A DNA stretch of 64,000 nt from Macrostomum lignano (taxonomy: Eukaryota). Of this stretch, positions 23,250 through 59,099 are shown in pieces (positions within the stretch are counted from its first letter, which is position 1; the number at the start of each line of letters is the position of its first letter). The DNA lies in the NCBI GenBank assembly GCA_002269645.1, contig NIVC01000808.1:377532-441531 (forward strand), written 5' to 3'. The notes beneath the pieces are model-generated. The model was not told the origin of the DNA and made no database searches. It saw only the letters and a program-made list of their open reading frames with translations. A program made the translations under genes and the position numbers.

Positions 23250-23520
23250 AATGGGATTCTAGATATCTGAGGATGAGATTCTAGATATCTGAGGATGGGA
23301 TTCTAGATATCTGAGGATGGGATTCTAGATATCTGAGGATGGGATTCTAGATATCTGAGGATGGGATTCTAGATATCTGAGGATGGGATTCTAGATATCT
23401 GAGCACGGGATTCTAGATATCTGAGGATGGGATTCTAGATATCTGAGGATGGGATTCTAGATATCTGAGGATGGGATTCTAGATATCTGAGGATGGGATT
23501 CTAGATATCTGAGGATGGGA
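23250..23520. repeat. 22-bp minisatellite (CTAGATATCTGAGGATGGGATT)
   Basis: Tandem periodicity downstream of MsrA. Confidence 0.92.
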
Positions 23521-23681
23521 TTCAGATTATTCGAGAATGGGATTATAGATCACGTAGAATTTGTTGGCAGTCATCAAGTTCTTCCTTCCCAACAAGATAA
23601 AATCAGCAAGATCAGGACTCCTAATTACTCATATGGTTCAATTCTGAATATCAGGCCGCAGCCAAGAGTAACCAGTCAGTT

Positions 23682-25827
23682 CTATTTTCCGGGCAGCGCT
23701 GGGCAGGCCACCCCGGTGCCTCGCAGTCCGCAGTAGCCGTCGGGATGCTTGTGCAGGTACTGCTGGTGCTCGTCCTCGGCATAATAGAACTCCTTCAGCG
23801 GCGCAATCTCGGTGGTCACAGAGCCGCCGGGCGGCAGTTTAGCCTTGGCTACCAAAGCCTCGGAGTAAGCTCTGGCCGACTCAGCAACCAGCTGCGCCTC
23901 GGCCGAATCCGATGCCGAGTAGTAGATGGCGGACCGGTATTGCGTGCCGACATCGTTGCCCTGCCGCATGCCCTGGTTGGGGGGAGGGGCAGAGCAGCTC
24001 AGCGTTGACGTGTCTGACTCTCGCGACAATATAGTTCTGTCCCAACATCCTTCCCAACTCCAACCGACACTCCATATATCCGACACTTCATATCTCCGAC
24101 ACTCCATATCTCCGACACTTCATATCTCCGACACTTCACATCTCCGACACTTCACATCTCCGACACTCCATATCTCCGACACTTCATATCTCCGACACTT
24201 CATATCTCCGACACTTCATATCTTCGACATATCATATCTCCGACACTTCACATCTCCGACACTTCATATATTCGACATTTCATACCTCCGACAGTTCATA
24301 TCTCCGACACTTCATATCTCCGACACTTCATATCTCCGACACTTCATATCTCCGACACTTCATATATCCTTCATATATCCTTCTTCCTTCATTAGTGCAT
24401 GAGCAGGTAATTACCAGCAAACAGCGCCGTTCCCATTAGCTGCTCACCTGAGTTGGATCGTGGCTCTCCCAGAAGGCCTTGAGCAGGCCAGTCAGCGGAA
24501 GCTCGGCGGGCCGGTACACAACTCGAACCACTTCGGCGTGGCCGGTGCGGCCGCTGCACACCTCCTTATAAGTGGGATTGGGAGTGAAGCCGCCAGCGAA
24601 TCCCACCTGCGGAGTTGTGAGGGGGCGCGAGCAGAGAAGTGAAGACTCAGTGACTGATAGACTCAGGAAAGAGTTGTGAACATAGTGTGCTAGGCCAGAC
24701 GCCCGACACAAAGACCCAGGAGAGGCTGCGGTGTGCTGGGCCAGCTGACAGACACAAAGACCCAGGAGAGGCTGCGGTGTGCTGGGCCAGCTGACAGACA
24801 CAAAGACCCAGGAGAAGCTGCGGTGTGCTACGCCAGCTGACAGACACAAAGACCCAGAAGAGGCTGCGGTGTGCTGGGCCAGCTGACACACAAAGACCCA
24901 GGAGAGGCTGCGGTGTGCTGGGCCAGCTGACACACAAAGACCCAGGAGAAGCTGCGGTGTGCTGGGCCAGCTGACAGACACAAAGACCCAGGAGAAGCTG
25001 CGGTGTGCTGGGCCAGCTGACAGACACAAAGACCCAGGAGAAGCTGCGGTGTGCTGGGCCAGCTGACAGACACAAAGACCCAGGAGTGGCTGCGGTGTGC
25101 TGGGCCAGCTGACAGACACAAAGACCCAGGAGAGGCTGCGGTGTGCTGGGCCAGCTGACACACAAAGACCCAGGAGAAGCTGCGGTGTGCTGGGCCAGCT
25201 GACAGACACAAAGACCCAGGAGAAGCTGCGGTGTGCTGGGCCAGCTGACAGACACAAAGACCCAGGAGTGGCTGCGGTGTGCTGGGCCAGCTGACAGACA
25301 CAAAGACCCAGGAGAGGCTGTGCTGGGCCAGCTGACAGACACAAAGACCCAGGAGAGGCTGTGCTGGGCCAGCTGACAGACACAAAGACCCAGGAGAGGC
25401 TGTGCTGGGCCAGCTGACAGACACAAAGACCCAGGAGAGGCTGTGCTGGGCCAGCTGACAGACACAAAGATCTTGGAGGCAGAGAGAGGGTGCACTGATT
25501 GGGACAACTACCTGTTGATAAGCACAAAGACTGCGGAAAGGACATTGAAATAAACAGGGCAAGCATTCACGCGGGCTTCCCGGTTAACAATATTGTAATA
25601 TTGCTATTGAATTATTGGATTCTGTCAATCACCTGCGTAGAATAAACGCCCTTCATGCGCCAGAACAGGCGCTCTGCGCCCCAGTAGCAGCCGAGGCCGA
25701 ACACGATGCTGAGCGTGTCAGGCGGAAACGGCGGCACAGCGCTGTTGCCCTTCAGCACAGCGTGGACGTTAGAGACGCGCATGGGGGTTGCGCGGCCCGG
25801 CAAAGCCTTGTCAGGCGACACCAGCAT
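23682..25827 (-). CDS. MSRA: Peptide methionine sulfoxide reductase A, exons 25827-25633, 24606-24448, 23972-23682 (214 aa from this ATG; the frame stays open upstream to at least 25992)
   Basis: [77 protein letters not shown] and [13 protein letters not shown] match MsrA throughout. Introns are phase-0 GT-AG. Confidence 0.96.
24065..24365. repeat. 16-bp minisatellite in MsrA intron 2
   Basis: TCTCCGACACTTCATA units. Confidence 0.9.
24700..25465. repeat. About 46-bp minisatellite in MsrA intron 1
   Basis: GCTGGGCCAGCTGACAGACACAAAGACCCAGGAGAAGCTGCGGTGT units; source of the 244-376 aa pseudo-ORFs. Confidence 0.95.
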
Positions 25828-27581
25828 GGCAGAGTCGAAGCAGCTGACTGGAGTCGAGGTCGAAGAGAAGGCGGAGGCCGACACAGCAGTGGCGATGGTA
25901 AATGTGGCTAGTTGAATTGCTGCTCGGCTAGCAACTCCCGCAACTTGTGAGCTGCAAACAAACTGCATGCAAGTAAAAGCTAATTTGTTCATTCCAGCAC
26001 AGCAGGAAAACAAAGCTTACAAGCATAGCAGCAATAAATTGGTATCAGAAATTGAGAATTAATGAATCTCCATTCATTCCAGTCTACGAGGTTCCTAATG
26101 ATTAGGAATAATTGAATAAAGTAAAAAATAAAGTATAACAATAGTGACACAAGGAATGGGTGCTGAACAGTTGCCTTTAACTTAGAGAGAAGAAGATAAA
26201 GCTAAAAATGTTAAAAGGTGCCAAACTATTTTGCCAAGATACATACAAAGTCTCTAGCACTCTCATTGAAATTTGACCTATAGGATCAACCTACCTAATT
26301 TAATTTAAGTTGTACTGTTATATTGATGATATAAACTATTTTTTTAACTATTTTAGCTATTATTAGAAATATAAACTTAAAATTATGTTAGATGGGTAAT
26401 TCAAAAAAGATAATAATTGCTCAATTTGTTATTATATACTATAATTTATATAGTACTAAATACTATTGTACTTATAAATTAGTATTTTAAAATTTAATAG
26501 GCTAATAGTAACTTTTAAGACATTCTATAAGTCTCATTCTATAAGTTTAGAAGCTTCTTATAATTAAACCAAATCTTTTGAGCAGAAAATATATCTGATA
26601 ATACATGTGATACACACCAATTAAATAGAGATAGAATTTTGGTGTATGTTAGGTATTTATTGAATGGAATACACAAGATTATGATAAAAAGAGGCACAAT
26701 AGAGCAAAAATCAGTTTATCAGATTCAGATACCAGTAAACCTAACACAAATCTAAAAATCTAACAACAACAGACCACAAGCACTAGCTAGAATTATACTA
26801 AAGAGATTGACCTCAACTCAATTTTTAGCTTCCTAAGCTGTTCTGAGTAGGGCCTAAGGGTTTAATATTCAATACAATGGAAATGGAGCCACATATGCTG
26901 AGTCACAGATAAATGAAGGGAATTTTGTCTTAGGCCTATCTTTTTTCATCATCTAATATATATGACAGATCTACTATAACTGTATTTTAATTTTAATATC
27001 TATACCTGTACCTGTACTGGCTGTACACCTGTATTTTAAAGAATCGTACGGTTTAGACTCAATGAAATAGTCACGGTGGAATAGAGATAAAAAGTGCACC
27101 CAGAAGAATATATTTTCAGTTAACTGAACGTGCTGAAAAATTGTGCAATTTATTGATCTGCTTATTGATCGATCTAGTTGCAGCATTTCCTATAAAATCT
27201 GAAGATTGAAATCTGCATAATATTTGAACCGTATATCAAAAACTCCTGAATCCTAAAACATTTTGCCTCTAAAATTCTTGATTTTATAAAAGCTAGCAAA
27301 AACTAAAATAAAATCATATTTACTTTCGCTTTGACAACTCGCAAAGTACTGAATGTTATAATGGGCTCTTAGATACGGCCCGACTACTGGCTACTACTCG
27401 ACACTCGACACTCAACAGACGTAAGCAATTTCAAAGACTAAGTAAGTCATTGAATAATTTTTGTACACTCAGTTCTTATACCGGTATTCAAATATCACGT
27501 TCTAAATATATAGGTAATAAACTTACAGAATTTTTTTTTTTATTTTTCTGTACGAAGTTCTGCTGATTCGAAACCTTTAAG

Positions 27582-27899
27582 CCGGGGGCCGGGATGGCAA
27601 ATTTTTTTACCTCGGGGGCCAGAAAGAGAACCTAGCGCATGACTGCGAGCCAAAGAAAAAGAGAGAGGAGAGGGAAAAGAGAAAATAGAAGATAGATAAG
27701 AGAAAGTAGAAGCGATGGAATAGATGGAGAGAGGAGAGAGGAGAGGGAGAGAGGAGAGAAGGAAGAGAGGAGAGAAGAAGAGACACAAACATTGAGCAGG
27801 CCGGATTGCTAATTGTTAAGTTTCAAAGGACCCGAGAGCCGGATAGAGAAGCTTCTCTGGCCGCACGAGGCCAGCAGGCCGGAGTTTGCCGACCTCCTG
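27582..27899. mobile_element. Degenerate non-autonomous hAT (Charlie-like) element with GA-rich interior; partial second copy at about 48080-48165
   Basis: Right end GGCCGGAGTTTGCCGACCTCCTG and left end GGGATGGCAAATTTTTT resemble CAGGGGTCGGCAAAC-type termini. The segment GAAGAGAC.CAAAC..TGAGC.GGCCGGATTGCTA.TGT.AAGTTTCAAAG is shared with 48080-48135. Confidence 0.55.
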
Positions 27900-27975
27900 C
27901 CTTATAAGCGGATGATGTACATGGACTCGACATGAATAGTAACACTAGATCAAGCATTACATCTACATGTATATT

Positions 27976-28155
27976 CAGGGACTACTCAAACACCGGGACG
28001 GGAAACTAAAATTTTTTTACGAGGCTGGCTGGCAATTATTTTCATTAGAGAGATGCTGTGTTACTTTGTTGTCTATGGTTATTTTCTACTGCTGATGATA
28101 GACCAGCCTCGTAAAAAAATTCTAGTTTCCCGTCCCGGTGTTTGAGTAGTCCCTG
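27976..28155. mobile_element. hAT-type MITE, 180 bp, about 53-bp near-perfect TIRs, 8-bp TSD TGTATATT
   Basis: Left end CAGGGACTACTCAAACACCGGGACGGGAAACTA... is inverted at the right end. TGTATATT occurs at 27968-27975 and 28156-28163. Confidence 0.92.
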
Positions 28156-28902
28156 TGTATATTATAAAAACTGAACAATCATCAAGTGGACAGTTTTCAA
28201 TACATGGTGACTGCCCGGATTTGCCCTTACAACGTACAAAAAATTACCGCGCTCTGACAAAATAAAAAATGCAATTTAGATAAAAATTCTATATAAAGTG
28301 CTCTAGACGCTACCTAACGTACCTTTCATTATCCATAGGCTTTAAAGAATCTGCATGAACATGTGCTAAATAGCAGCTTTTTCTCGCCATTTTGCCAAAT
28401 AATTTCAAAAGATATCAAAATTGTGCCAATTTTTGTTTCATTTGTCGGAAATAAAATCTGATGTAATTATGTAGTACATTGAGACGCATCATAATTGTAA
28501 ACGTACTATAAATTTAGCTGTCAAAGTCATTTTTCAAACACGATAATAAAAATCATTATATGGCTAAAAAGTTTATCTCCCTAAAATAATTACATTGCAT
28601 TGAATATATATATATACTCGTACATGTAAGTCTTAGCAAGAAATCATAATTTCGTGACGTCTTATCATAACAGACAGCACGTTAATTTTCACCGCAAATT
28701 TAAAAGCGCTCAATCAATGAAAATAAACAAAAGAAATACGGCGGATTTCAGATCTAAAAAACACATGCGTACAGTATAGTAATCCGAGTATGTAATACAT
28801 ATATGCATGTTTATCAATAGAATTCAACGTAAATGTGTTACACCAAATTTACTGTACCCCTGGCTGTCCTAATGACTATAGTACGCGGTGTACTTTAGAT
28901 GA

Positions 28903-51664
<22,762 letters not shown>

Positions 51665-52043
51665 CGGTGCTGGTAACTGCAGAAGGCCGAGACCACTGTA
51701 GCGGGATGCAAGGGGATGCAGAGCAAGCTTCGAATATCTGATAGAAATTGAGGAGCATTTATTCTCTCCCGGCGACCAATCCGAGCGTATCCCATTGCTG
51801 CTCAGTTGGGAAGAAAAATGAGGGGAAGGGGAAGAGAGTAGGAGAACAGGGGCGACTCTAATTATCGTTACGGTGGCCTTCCTAACCTTCTCTCTGAAAG
51901 ACACTTGCCCTCATTCAGTTCTCATCCAGGAGCCGATCACCAAAGGGCAAAGGACTCTGTGGTACTGCATATCTATGAGCCCAATTAATTGAGTGCAATA
52001 AATTTGTATAGCATCGAATAAATTCGGTTATTACGAAGATTTA

Positions 52044-53048
<1,005 letters not shown>

Positions 53049-53140
53049 TTACTATTTGATACAACAATTGCTTTTGGCAAGGAAGGCAGCCAATATTGCG
53101 CAGTCAGGATGCAAGTTTAAACCGTCGCCAGCAGCGCCAA

Positions 53141-53560
53141 CTAGCCATCACGGAGGATTTGCTCCTGCGAGCTGCCCGAGATTTGGCCGCCGGTTCGATT
53201 GCCGCCAGCGACAGCTGCGGTCGCAGCGGCGGCTGCCGCGGCCGCGTTGGCGCCGGGCACGGACGGCAGCAGGATGGTGGCCACGTGGCGGCTTTTCACG
53301 TGCCGATCGCGCAGTCTGGAAGCGTAGAAATCCTCGCGGTCCTTGGCCCGGTCCATGAAGCTGCCTAGACAGTAGAGCATCGCGTTTACCATTAGGGTGG
53401 CGGCGACAGAGCTGAGTAGCACTATGGGGCCCATCTGCTCGCGAACGAAGCACTCATACAAACTTTCAAGGCTGTCCAGGCTAAATTGAGACTCGTCAAT
53501 ATTCAGCAGATCGCCCAGTTTGCATTCGACGAATAGTGCGCTTCCCGTAGCTGCCTGCAT
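53141..53560 (-). CDS. Putative small single-pass membrane protein (139 aa from MQAATGS), unknown family
   Basis: GC-rich natural-looking ORF with one hydrophobic segment (PIVLLSSVAATLMVNAMLYCLG), followed by a charged segment and a poly-Ala tract like those in the PLCB exons. Confidence 0.5.
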   Translation of the reverse strand: MQAATGSALFVECKLGDLLNIDESQFSLDSLESLYECFVREQMGPIVLLSSVAATLMVNAMLYCLGSFMDRAKDREDFYASRLRDRHVKSRHVATILLPSVPGANAAAAAAAATAAVAGGNRTGGQISGSSQEQILRDG

Positions 53561-53950
53561 GTCGTTTTGGAACTGTTTTTCACGCCAAACTTCTAGCGAT
53601 TTTAGCCTGAGGAATAATAGCTTGCAACTAGGCAAGAATTTCAATTCATTTTTGAAGGATTTTTCATTATTTTTGAGACGAAGCTTCGGACCATAGACAG
53701 CTGATCCGGAGCAGACAAATTTAAAGTGTGCCCATCACAAACAGCCAATCGGCTAACGAGTCGAGTTCTTACTTTCTAGCAAGTACAATTCAACATGGAA
53801 GAAGGGGTGTTGCTTTTGCCGTGGGCTTGGCTGATTGCTACATGTAGTTTGGACTAACTGGTGTTTTAATATATAATAATGCTAAGAGCTCAAGAAAAAC
53901 TACAAAAATATTAAAGCACTATAGCATTCCAGCTGTGGCACTTTGACTAT

Positions 53951-54398
<448 letters not shown>

Positions 54399-55848
54399 TA
54401 CTAGGTTACAATGCCTAAACGCAAATAAAAATTCGAAATTCTTTGTTGCACGTTGATAAAAACAGCTAGTTACTTTTTAATTCTGCTCTACGTTCGAATT
54501 ATGCATTGTATATTACAATACCAATCTTAATAAAAAGTGTAAACTTTTAATTTAGGACTGTATTTCCTGACCTCGCTGCTGCTGATACAACATGGGTTTC
54601 TTAAGACCGGGGCACAAAGATGAACTGGGGGCAACAAAGATCAAAGCTTACTAAAATTAAAATCGACACAGATGCTATGAAATAGAAGATATTGTTCCTG
54701 AGCTCCAGACTCCGCACTCGCTATATGCACACAGCAGTCCATGGCCTATCATTCAGTCCCGCTTATTTACTTTTCTCACTGCCAGCCTTTTTTAATTTTC
54801 CCGTCTCAACTCCCAAGAGCTTCAATCTCTCTCTTCTGTGCTCCATCTGACTGCTGCATCTTGTCGGCGTTTCCTGCTTTCTGTGCAGCTAATTTCCTGA
54901 ATTTCCCGCAGTGGGGAACGGGGCAGGATCGGAGGAAGAGATTGCGTGGGAAGCTCGCCGAGTTCTAGGAGGTATTTATAGTTCCGGGATCCTGTGCCCG
55001 CCCACTGCAGATTGAACAATAATATGATATTTTTTTCTGTTCTAACCAGACTCACGCTCTAACTCTCCGTTTGAGTTTTTTTAGCGATTCGGCTGCTGCA
55101 CAATGCATATACGAGTAGCAGCTCAAAAGTAGTGATTTCATTTCCGGAACCATGCAGCAACTGTTGGATCGTTCACTAACAAAAAACCGTTGGTTATTTC
55201 ATTTGCACCACTACAAATTATAAAGCACAATGACAAGGCTGCGGTTTGCGCTAGGCTTGCCTTGAGCAAACCGGCTTTAGTGCCCAGGCACCCTCTTTCT
55301 GTACGCCCCCACCGCGTGTGTACCAGTACGTTCTCTTTCGTGCTGGCTAGGTGGGCGCCCACCCGTCCGGCGGCAGGGAGGTATTCTTTCCAGCCGCGCT
55401 GCTCAGCAGGCAGTGTTTTTGCGCAGTTCTTTTTTTCTTCTTTTTTATCCTCATTTTAGGAGCCTTTCAATAGAAAATACGATTGAGGTCTCGCTAATGC
55501 TTTCGCTTTCGCCAACGTCGCGTCTTCATGTTTTGCTTTGGAGCTCAAAATAACAAATGCTTGTTTGTACACCGCGGCAGCACTGAACATTTAAATTGCT
55601 TTCTTAGTTTCACAAACAAGCCGAATAGTTTCGGCCCAAGTATAATGGTCTATGGGGTATAATTGACTTCGGTTGCATTTCGCCATAGACATGCAAAATT
55701 GGTACATGCATATAGAATTGACGATCGAAAGCGGTGCATCGCGCGGCTCATATTTGCGGCTTAGTGCTTTGTTCCACCCCAGGCTAACAACTGTGAAAAG
55801 CGGCTGACAAAGGCGCATAGGGCACCGAATTCGACGCGCACCACGACA

Positions 55849-56832
55849 ATGAACAAGCAGAGCATAGAGGACACCTGGGGCATGCGGGAGTACAGCCTGC
55901 AGAATTCTGTTCGCATCGTCAATAACAATCCGGACATGAAGAACAACGTGAGTGTTTCATGTGCATGCGGCGAGTTGATTAACCAGAATACGGACTGGCA
56001 CGTGATGATCGCCAATGGCACCAAGCTGTGCTACTTCTGTGCCAATTGCAATTCCTGCCGGAAGTCAAACGCCTGCGCTCCCCAGCGGCTGGTGTGCATC
56101 GACGGCCTTGTGCTCTGTCATGACTGCCTGGTGAACTTCGGCTACCCGCGACAGCCCACCTTCCGGATCAAATTTGACGATCCAAACGGACTGATTGATC
56201 CGGCAAACGCCAACCATTCTGCAAACAATGCGGCACCGGCGGCTGCTGCGGCTCCAGCAGCTTCGGCGACTGCCTCGACGACCGATGTGCTACAGGAATA
56301 CCGACGCAAGGATCGATCCTTGTTTCGCGAAAAAGCCGACGGGCGTCGGCAGCTGAGGCGCGCGTATTACGAACGACAGATGGCCCGGCTGCCAGACAAG
56401 CGAAATCCGCTGGTGACGGCGGTGCCGTACGACGCTTCAAAGGGCAGCCTGGAAAAAATGGTCTGCCCGGTCTGCAGCAAGGCGGCCACCGGTACAGTCA
56501 GATACGTTGTGGCCGCAATCGGCCGTATCTATCACAGATCCTGCTTCGCTTGCCAGAACTGCAAAATTCCGATGAACCAGGGCATTCAGGTGGCCGGCCG
56601 GCATTTCGAGCTCTGCTCGTGCGAGCCGCCCCAGGCTTGGTGCACTAGGAGCGAGTGCAAGCTGCAGAGGATGGCGCACCACGAGTCCAGCAATTGCTGG
56701 CTGGCCCCAATCAGGCCTGGCGGCCGGGAGCAGCGCGATACCGACATCAGCGCTAAATTTGATTCCAAGGATTCCAAGAATGAAACGAAAGCCGATCAGA
56801 AAGAGGCTGGAGCTGCCGGTGCACAGGCCTAA
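55849..56832 (+). CDS. Cys-rich protein with two atypical LIM-like zinc-binding domains, 327 aa
   Basis: C-terminal CPVC-x19-HRSCFACQNC-x17-CSC fits most of the LIM consensus. N-terminal CAC-x20-CYFCANCNSC-x19-CHDC is LIM-spaced with Cys in place of His. The frame is open back to a candidate acceptor at 55782. Confidence 0.75.
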   Translation: MNKQSIEDTWGMREYSLQNSVRIVNNNPDMKNNVSVSCACGELINQNTDWHVMIANGTKLCYFCANCNSCRKSNACAPQRLVCIDGLVLCHDCLVNFGYPRQPTFRIKFDDPNGLIDPANANHSANNAAPAAAAAPAASATASTTDVLQEYRRKDRSLFREKADGRRQLRRAYYERQMARLPDKRNPLVTAVPYDASKGSLEKMVCPVCSKAATGTVRYVVAAIGRIYHRSCFACQNCKIPMNQGIQVAGRHFELCSCEPPQAWCTRSECKLQRMAHHESSNCWLAPIRPGGREQRDTDISAKFDSKDSKNETKADQKEAGAAGAQA

Positions 56833-57064
56833 AAGTTTAAACGACAGTTACACGTCTCTTAAATTTGAGCTACAAATTTAATTTTGAAAAAATAAACGGA
56901 GCGCAAAGTTCCAAGCTCGCAGATTTCTGCTGCGCTTGGAGTTTAATTTAATTTCAAATTATATCTGCGAACTTATTGATTAGGTTGGTATAACTTAACT
57001 GAATCACGAGAAAGACTCAACAGGATGTGAGTTTAAATGCTGAAAGATTCAATACCGACGATTT

Positions 57065-57290
57065 AAGGTTAGGGCTAGTGGTTAAGGTTTAGGTTAAGGC
57101 TTAGATTGGGGTTTGGGATTAGGTTAGGTCTTAGGGTTAGGGTATGGTTAAGGGTTTGCAGTTAATCTGTGGCAGTTAATTTTTGGCACTTAAACTTCAC
57201 TGGCAGCAGTCAAACGTCACTCTGACAGTCAAAAGTCACTGGTAGTTAAACGTCACTGGCAGTTAAACGTCACTGCAACAATCAAATGCT
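57065..57290. repeat. Degenerate (TTAGGG)-like tract followed by CAGTTAAACGTCACTGG repeats
   Basis: GGTTAGGG/GGTTAAGG variants then 3-4 copies of a about 17-bp unit; probably the interior of a non-autonomous DNA element. Confidence 0.6.
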
Positions 57291-58302
57291 GGAAGTCAAT
57301 TTTCGTTGACCCATTGTTAGGCTGTGTTCTATCTAATTTTCTGTCCTAAATCGTGTACATGCATGTACTGTATGTGTGTTCCACCTGGGATTAGGAAAGC
57401 CAGTGTGGGTTTTAGCGCCTTTTAAGGCAAAATGATGTTCTTTACAAAAAGGTCCTTGCTTAATTTTAGCATAGACTAGCATAGTCCCTCAGGAAGCCCT
57501 TACATGTACATAGTCTCTACGTAAGCCATTTTTAAGATTTTTTTATTTATCATCATTATTGTTATTATTACTATTATAATTATTACTATAATTATATAGT
57601 AAGCAAGAGCCCGATCGCGTAAGCGTATTCACCGACGCGCGGCAGTTTAAACCAATCTGATGAGTGACTGAGGCGTTACTTTTTATTCAATACCCCATGG
57701 GACGCACGTGGAGGATTCAAGACAAATAATTTGCAAATTTCGAGTGAATCACTGATGATTTTTTCAAATTCTTTCTGCAAAAGGGTATTTTTGTAGTGCT
57801 TTCTGGAGTAAAAGCTTTCAGCAACGATTTTAGTGTAAAAGTACGAATGTGTTTTGTTTTAAAAGTAAAAATTCAAATAACAACACGATGATGCTAAATT
57901 TTTCACATTAAGCGTGAAAAGTTTACAAGATCAGCAAGCAAGACAAGCAAGATTATTTTCAAATTCAACCGAGGATGAGGATGGATGGCTATACAATTAT
58001 AAAAGTACATGTAGCTAATATTTTTGTAGCATACATGTATATTTGCAGAAAGACTATATTATGCAAGATAAATTACGGTGTAGTTGTCGAATAATATAAT
58101 TTCTAGCCCCTAGCCTTCTCTTCCATTTATGATTTAGCTTTAAGTATACGAAATAGAAATGGGTCTTAATTCAATTCTAATCAATATCTGAAACGGAGTT
58201 CTTATAGACACGGCGGCCGTGTCTATAATATTTGAGCTTATGGGCACGGCCATTATCATCGATATAAAACGCGTGTTCTATGGGGCTTTTCTCACAAGCA
58301 AT

Positions 58303-58365
58303 TGGTGGCTCAGTGGATATGTCGATTGCCTTGAGATTTTGAGTTAGCAGGGGTTCGAATCCTCA
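58303..58365 (+). other. tRNA-like Pol III promoter sequence (SINE head or tRNA pseudogene)
   Basis: A-box TGGCTCAGTGG and B-box GGTTCGAATCC. I could not close a full cloverleaf. Confidence 0.5.
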
Positions 58366-58624
58366 ATAGTTGGAGATTTTTTAATTTGAATTTTTTTAGC
58401 AAATAGAAATTTTTTCGCCCGAATTTTTTTCAGGGTTTTAAATAAATAAAACAATAAATTAAAATAAATTAAAACAATTTTTTAATAAGAGTAACACTTA
58501 ATCTTAAAGTGCGGCCGATATGTATCGAAAGAATATTTTTTTTACATATATAATTGCGGCCGCACTTTTTTAAGACTTCGTGTTACTCTTAAAAATTTAA
58601 TTTAATTTAATTTTTAAAAACTTT

Positions 58625-59074
58625 TGTAACGTCGTCGCTTCTGTATTGAAAATGTTCAATTTCGTATTTATGGTTTTTGCAATTAATATTTAAAACTATA
58701 TCTATTTTGGTCTAATGTTTGTAACTATTTTTTAGTTACTTTCCCCATTTGGTTTAATTTTGTTTTCTATTTTCAATTAGTGCAGTTATTCAAATTTTGC
58801 TTCTTGATAGTTTTTGTGTAGTGTCCTGCGCTCTGTGTGTTGGTCTTAGGTCCCGTAGGCTGGGTGGCATTAGCATTATATTATCGTCTCAGATTACCCT
58901 TTGGTAAATAGTTGGCATTGCCATACTGCTTCTGACCTACTCACCATTATTCAGACTAGCAATTGAGTTGTTAAATTAATAATACGTATATTGGCCTAGG
59001 ACAAGATCAACACTCAGACTCAGCACGCGCACGCGCATCAGTCCCATGTTCTCGAACTAAATAAACTCGTCACA
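58625..59074 (+). mobile_element. 5' LTR of the Ty3/gypsy element (about 450 bp)
   Basis: TGTAACG...CGTCACA termini, AATAAA at 59060-59065, followed after 6 nt by a TGG-starting PBS. The 3' LTR is outside the window, so the left boundary is inferred. Confidence 0.65.
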
Positions 59075-59080
59075 TAAATT

Positions 59081-59099
59081 TGGAGGGTCCCACCGAATT
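59081..59099 (+). promoter_or_regulatory. Primer binding site (TGGAGGGTCCCACCG), probably tRNA-Thr type
   Basis: Starts with TGG just 3' of the LTR end. TGGAGG is complementary to the CCUCCA 3' end of tRNA-Thr. Confidence 0.55.

Noticed and set aside
58303-58375. Functional tRNA gene
   Set aside because: A and B boxes are present, but acceptor and anticodon stems could not be paired; kept only as tRNA-like.
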